In this document: one piece after another, positions 63,120-64,000 of the stretch
How the letters are laid out: each line of letters opens with the position of its first letter
How positions within the stretch are numbered: position 1 is the stretch's first letter
From: Raja brachyura
Taxonomy: Eukaryota
DNA: 64,000 bases
Assembly (NCBI GenBank): GCA_963514005.1
Contig: OY740795.1
Coordinates: forward strand, 372,001-436,000
Direction: 5' to 3'
Translations under genes and position numbers: made by a program
Notes under the pieces: generated by a model
What the model was told of the DNA's origin: nothing
What the model saw: the letters and a program-made list of their open reading frames with translations, nothing else
Databases searched by the model: none

Positions 63120-63792
63120 TTTCTGGCCTTGAAATAATGTCGTGGTACTTATCACTAAAATACATTTAGAGACCGCGGGTATACACTTGGCAGTGTGGGA
63201 ATGTCATGTTTATAATGGGCATGTGAAAGGGTTGAGGTTCATGATGCGCTGAAACTGCTAGGGAACGAACTGCAAATGCAAAGATAGTTTGGAGTGATTT
63301 ACAGGGGTGCCTGTCACGATTTATTCCGAATAGCTCTGTCGTAGATGAGTCTTCATGGACTGTTCCCAGGGACGCATACAGAGGACGACATTCGAGTGCT
63401 GCTGGAAGGTCATCAACTTCGTGAAAGACGCTCTTTGGTGTGCCTGAGCTTTGTTGACCTCCCATCAAAGCGAGATGTCCGTCGGGGAATGGTTCCGCTG
63501 CAGACTGCAGGAGTGCAGCCAACGCCAAGGCTCTGTGGTGAGGACCACAGTCTAGGGTCTTTTCGCTGATGGGCATGGGGGCAGAATGTGGTGCCGTCCC
63601 CAGTCGCCCCTCAAAATAAGGGAACGGATACCACGCAAGTTGGCCACATGAGTGGCAAGGGTGGGAGGTAACATTGTGCAATTTATGTAAACAGCGTTGA
63701 ATGTATGTTTACCTTCCGAGAATGTCGGATGGGGTTTTGGAATGATCATGTATTGTAAATATTTAATTCTCGAATAAAGTATATTTTGAGAT
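63120..63792 (+). mobile_element. Tx1/L1-like 3' end shared with duplication copy 1 (30480-30820 plus 34585-34865)
   Basis: GLFPGTHT..CWKVIN.VKDALW-type remnant, ending aataaagtatattttg. Confidence 0.55.
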
Positions 63793-64000
63793 AGAAAAGC
63801 ATGACGCACTATGACTGTTTCCACAATTCACAATAATCGCAGTTGCTTTGGTCTGTGGTCCGGGTCTGTGAAGGCGGAACCATTTCCATGTAAAGACCCA
63901 GTCAAATGTTGCGATTTCTCAATTTACGGCTGCACCTCCGCAACTGCCCTGATATCCACGCCACTCCGCGAGCAAGTGAGCGAGAGTGCATTTGAATTAG

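Larger units (their letters stand above)
48904..63754 (+). repeat. Segmental duplication copy 2 (paralogous to ~28115-34865)
   Basis: Collinear blocks as described for copy 1, separated by copy-specific insertions. Confidence 0.85.

Overview
Vertebrate genomic DNA, most likely from a cartilaginous fish and possibly a skate or ray; this is inferred from the V-gene style and the repeat landscape of CR1, V-SINE, Penelope, Rex1, L1 and DIRS elements. The window is part of a T-cell receptor alpha/delta-type variable (V) gene array. Five leader-V-RSS units can be reconstructed. Three lie on the minus strand: V1 3956-5434, V2 10007-15025, and V3 17139-17619, which lacks the second Cys. Two lie on the plus strand: V4 23482-24701 and V5 42146-42615. 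No D, J or C segments were found. Most of the remaining sequence is retroelement-derived. Hidden among the repeats is a GPR139-like 7TM receptor pseudogene exon (49998-56204) broken by SINE, L1 (with nested CR1 and Rex1) and Penelope insertions. It sits inside an old segmental duplication (~28.1-34.9 kb vs ~48.9-63.75 kb) whose copies can be ordered in time by shared and private insertions. A structurally complete but decayed DIRS1-type tyrosine-recombinase retrotransposon (56949-62230) still shows its terminal repeats, ICR and ATT crossover core. Penelope-derived foldback repeats carry minimal hammerhead-ribozyme motifs. There are two assembly gaps (21468-21751, 33441-33570). All calls were made by eye without database searches; repeat boundaries are approximate.
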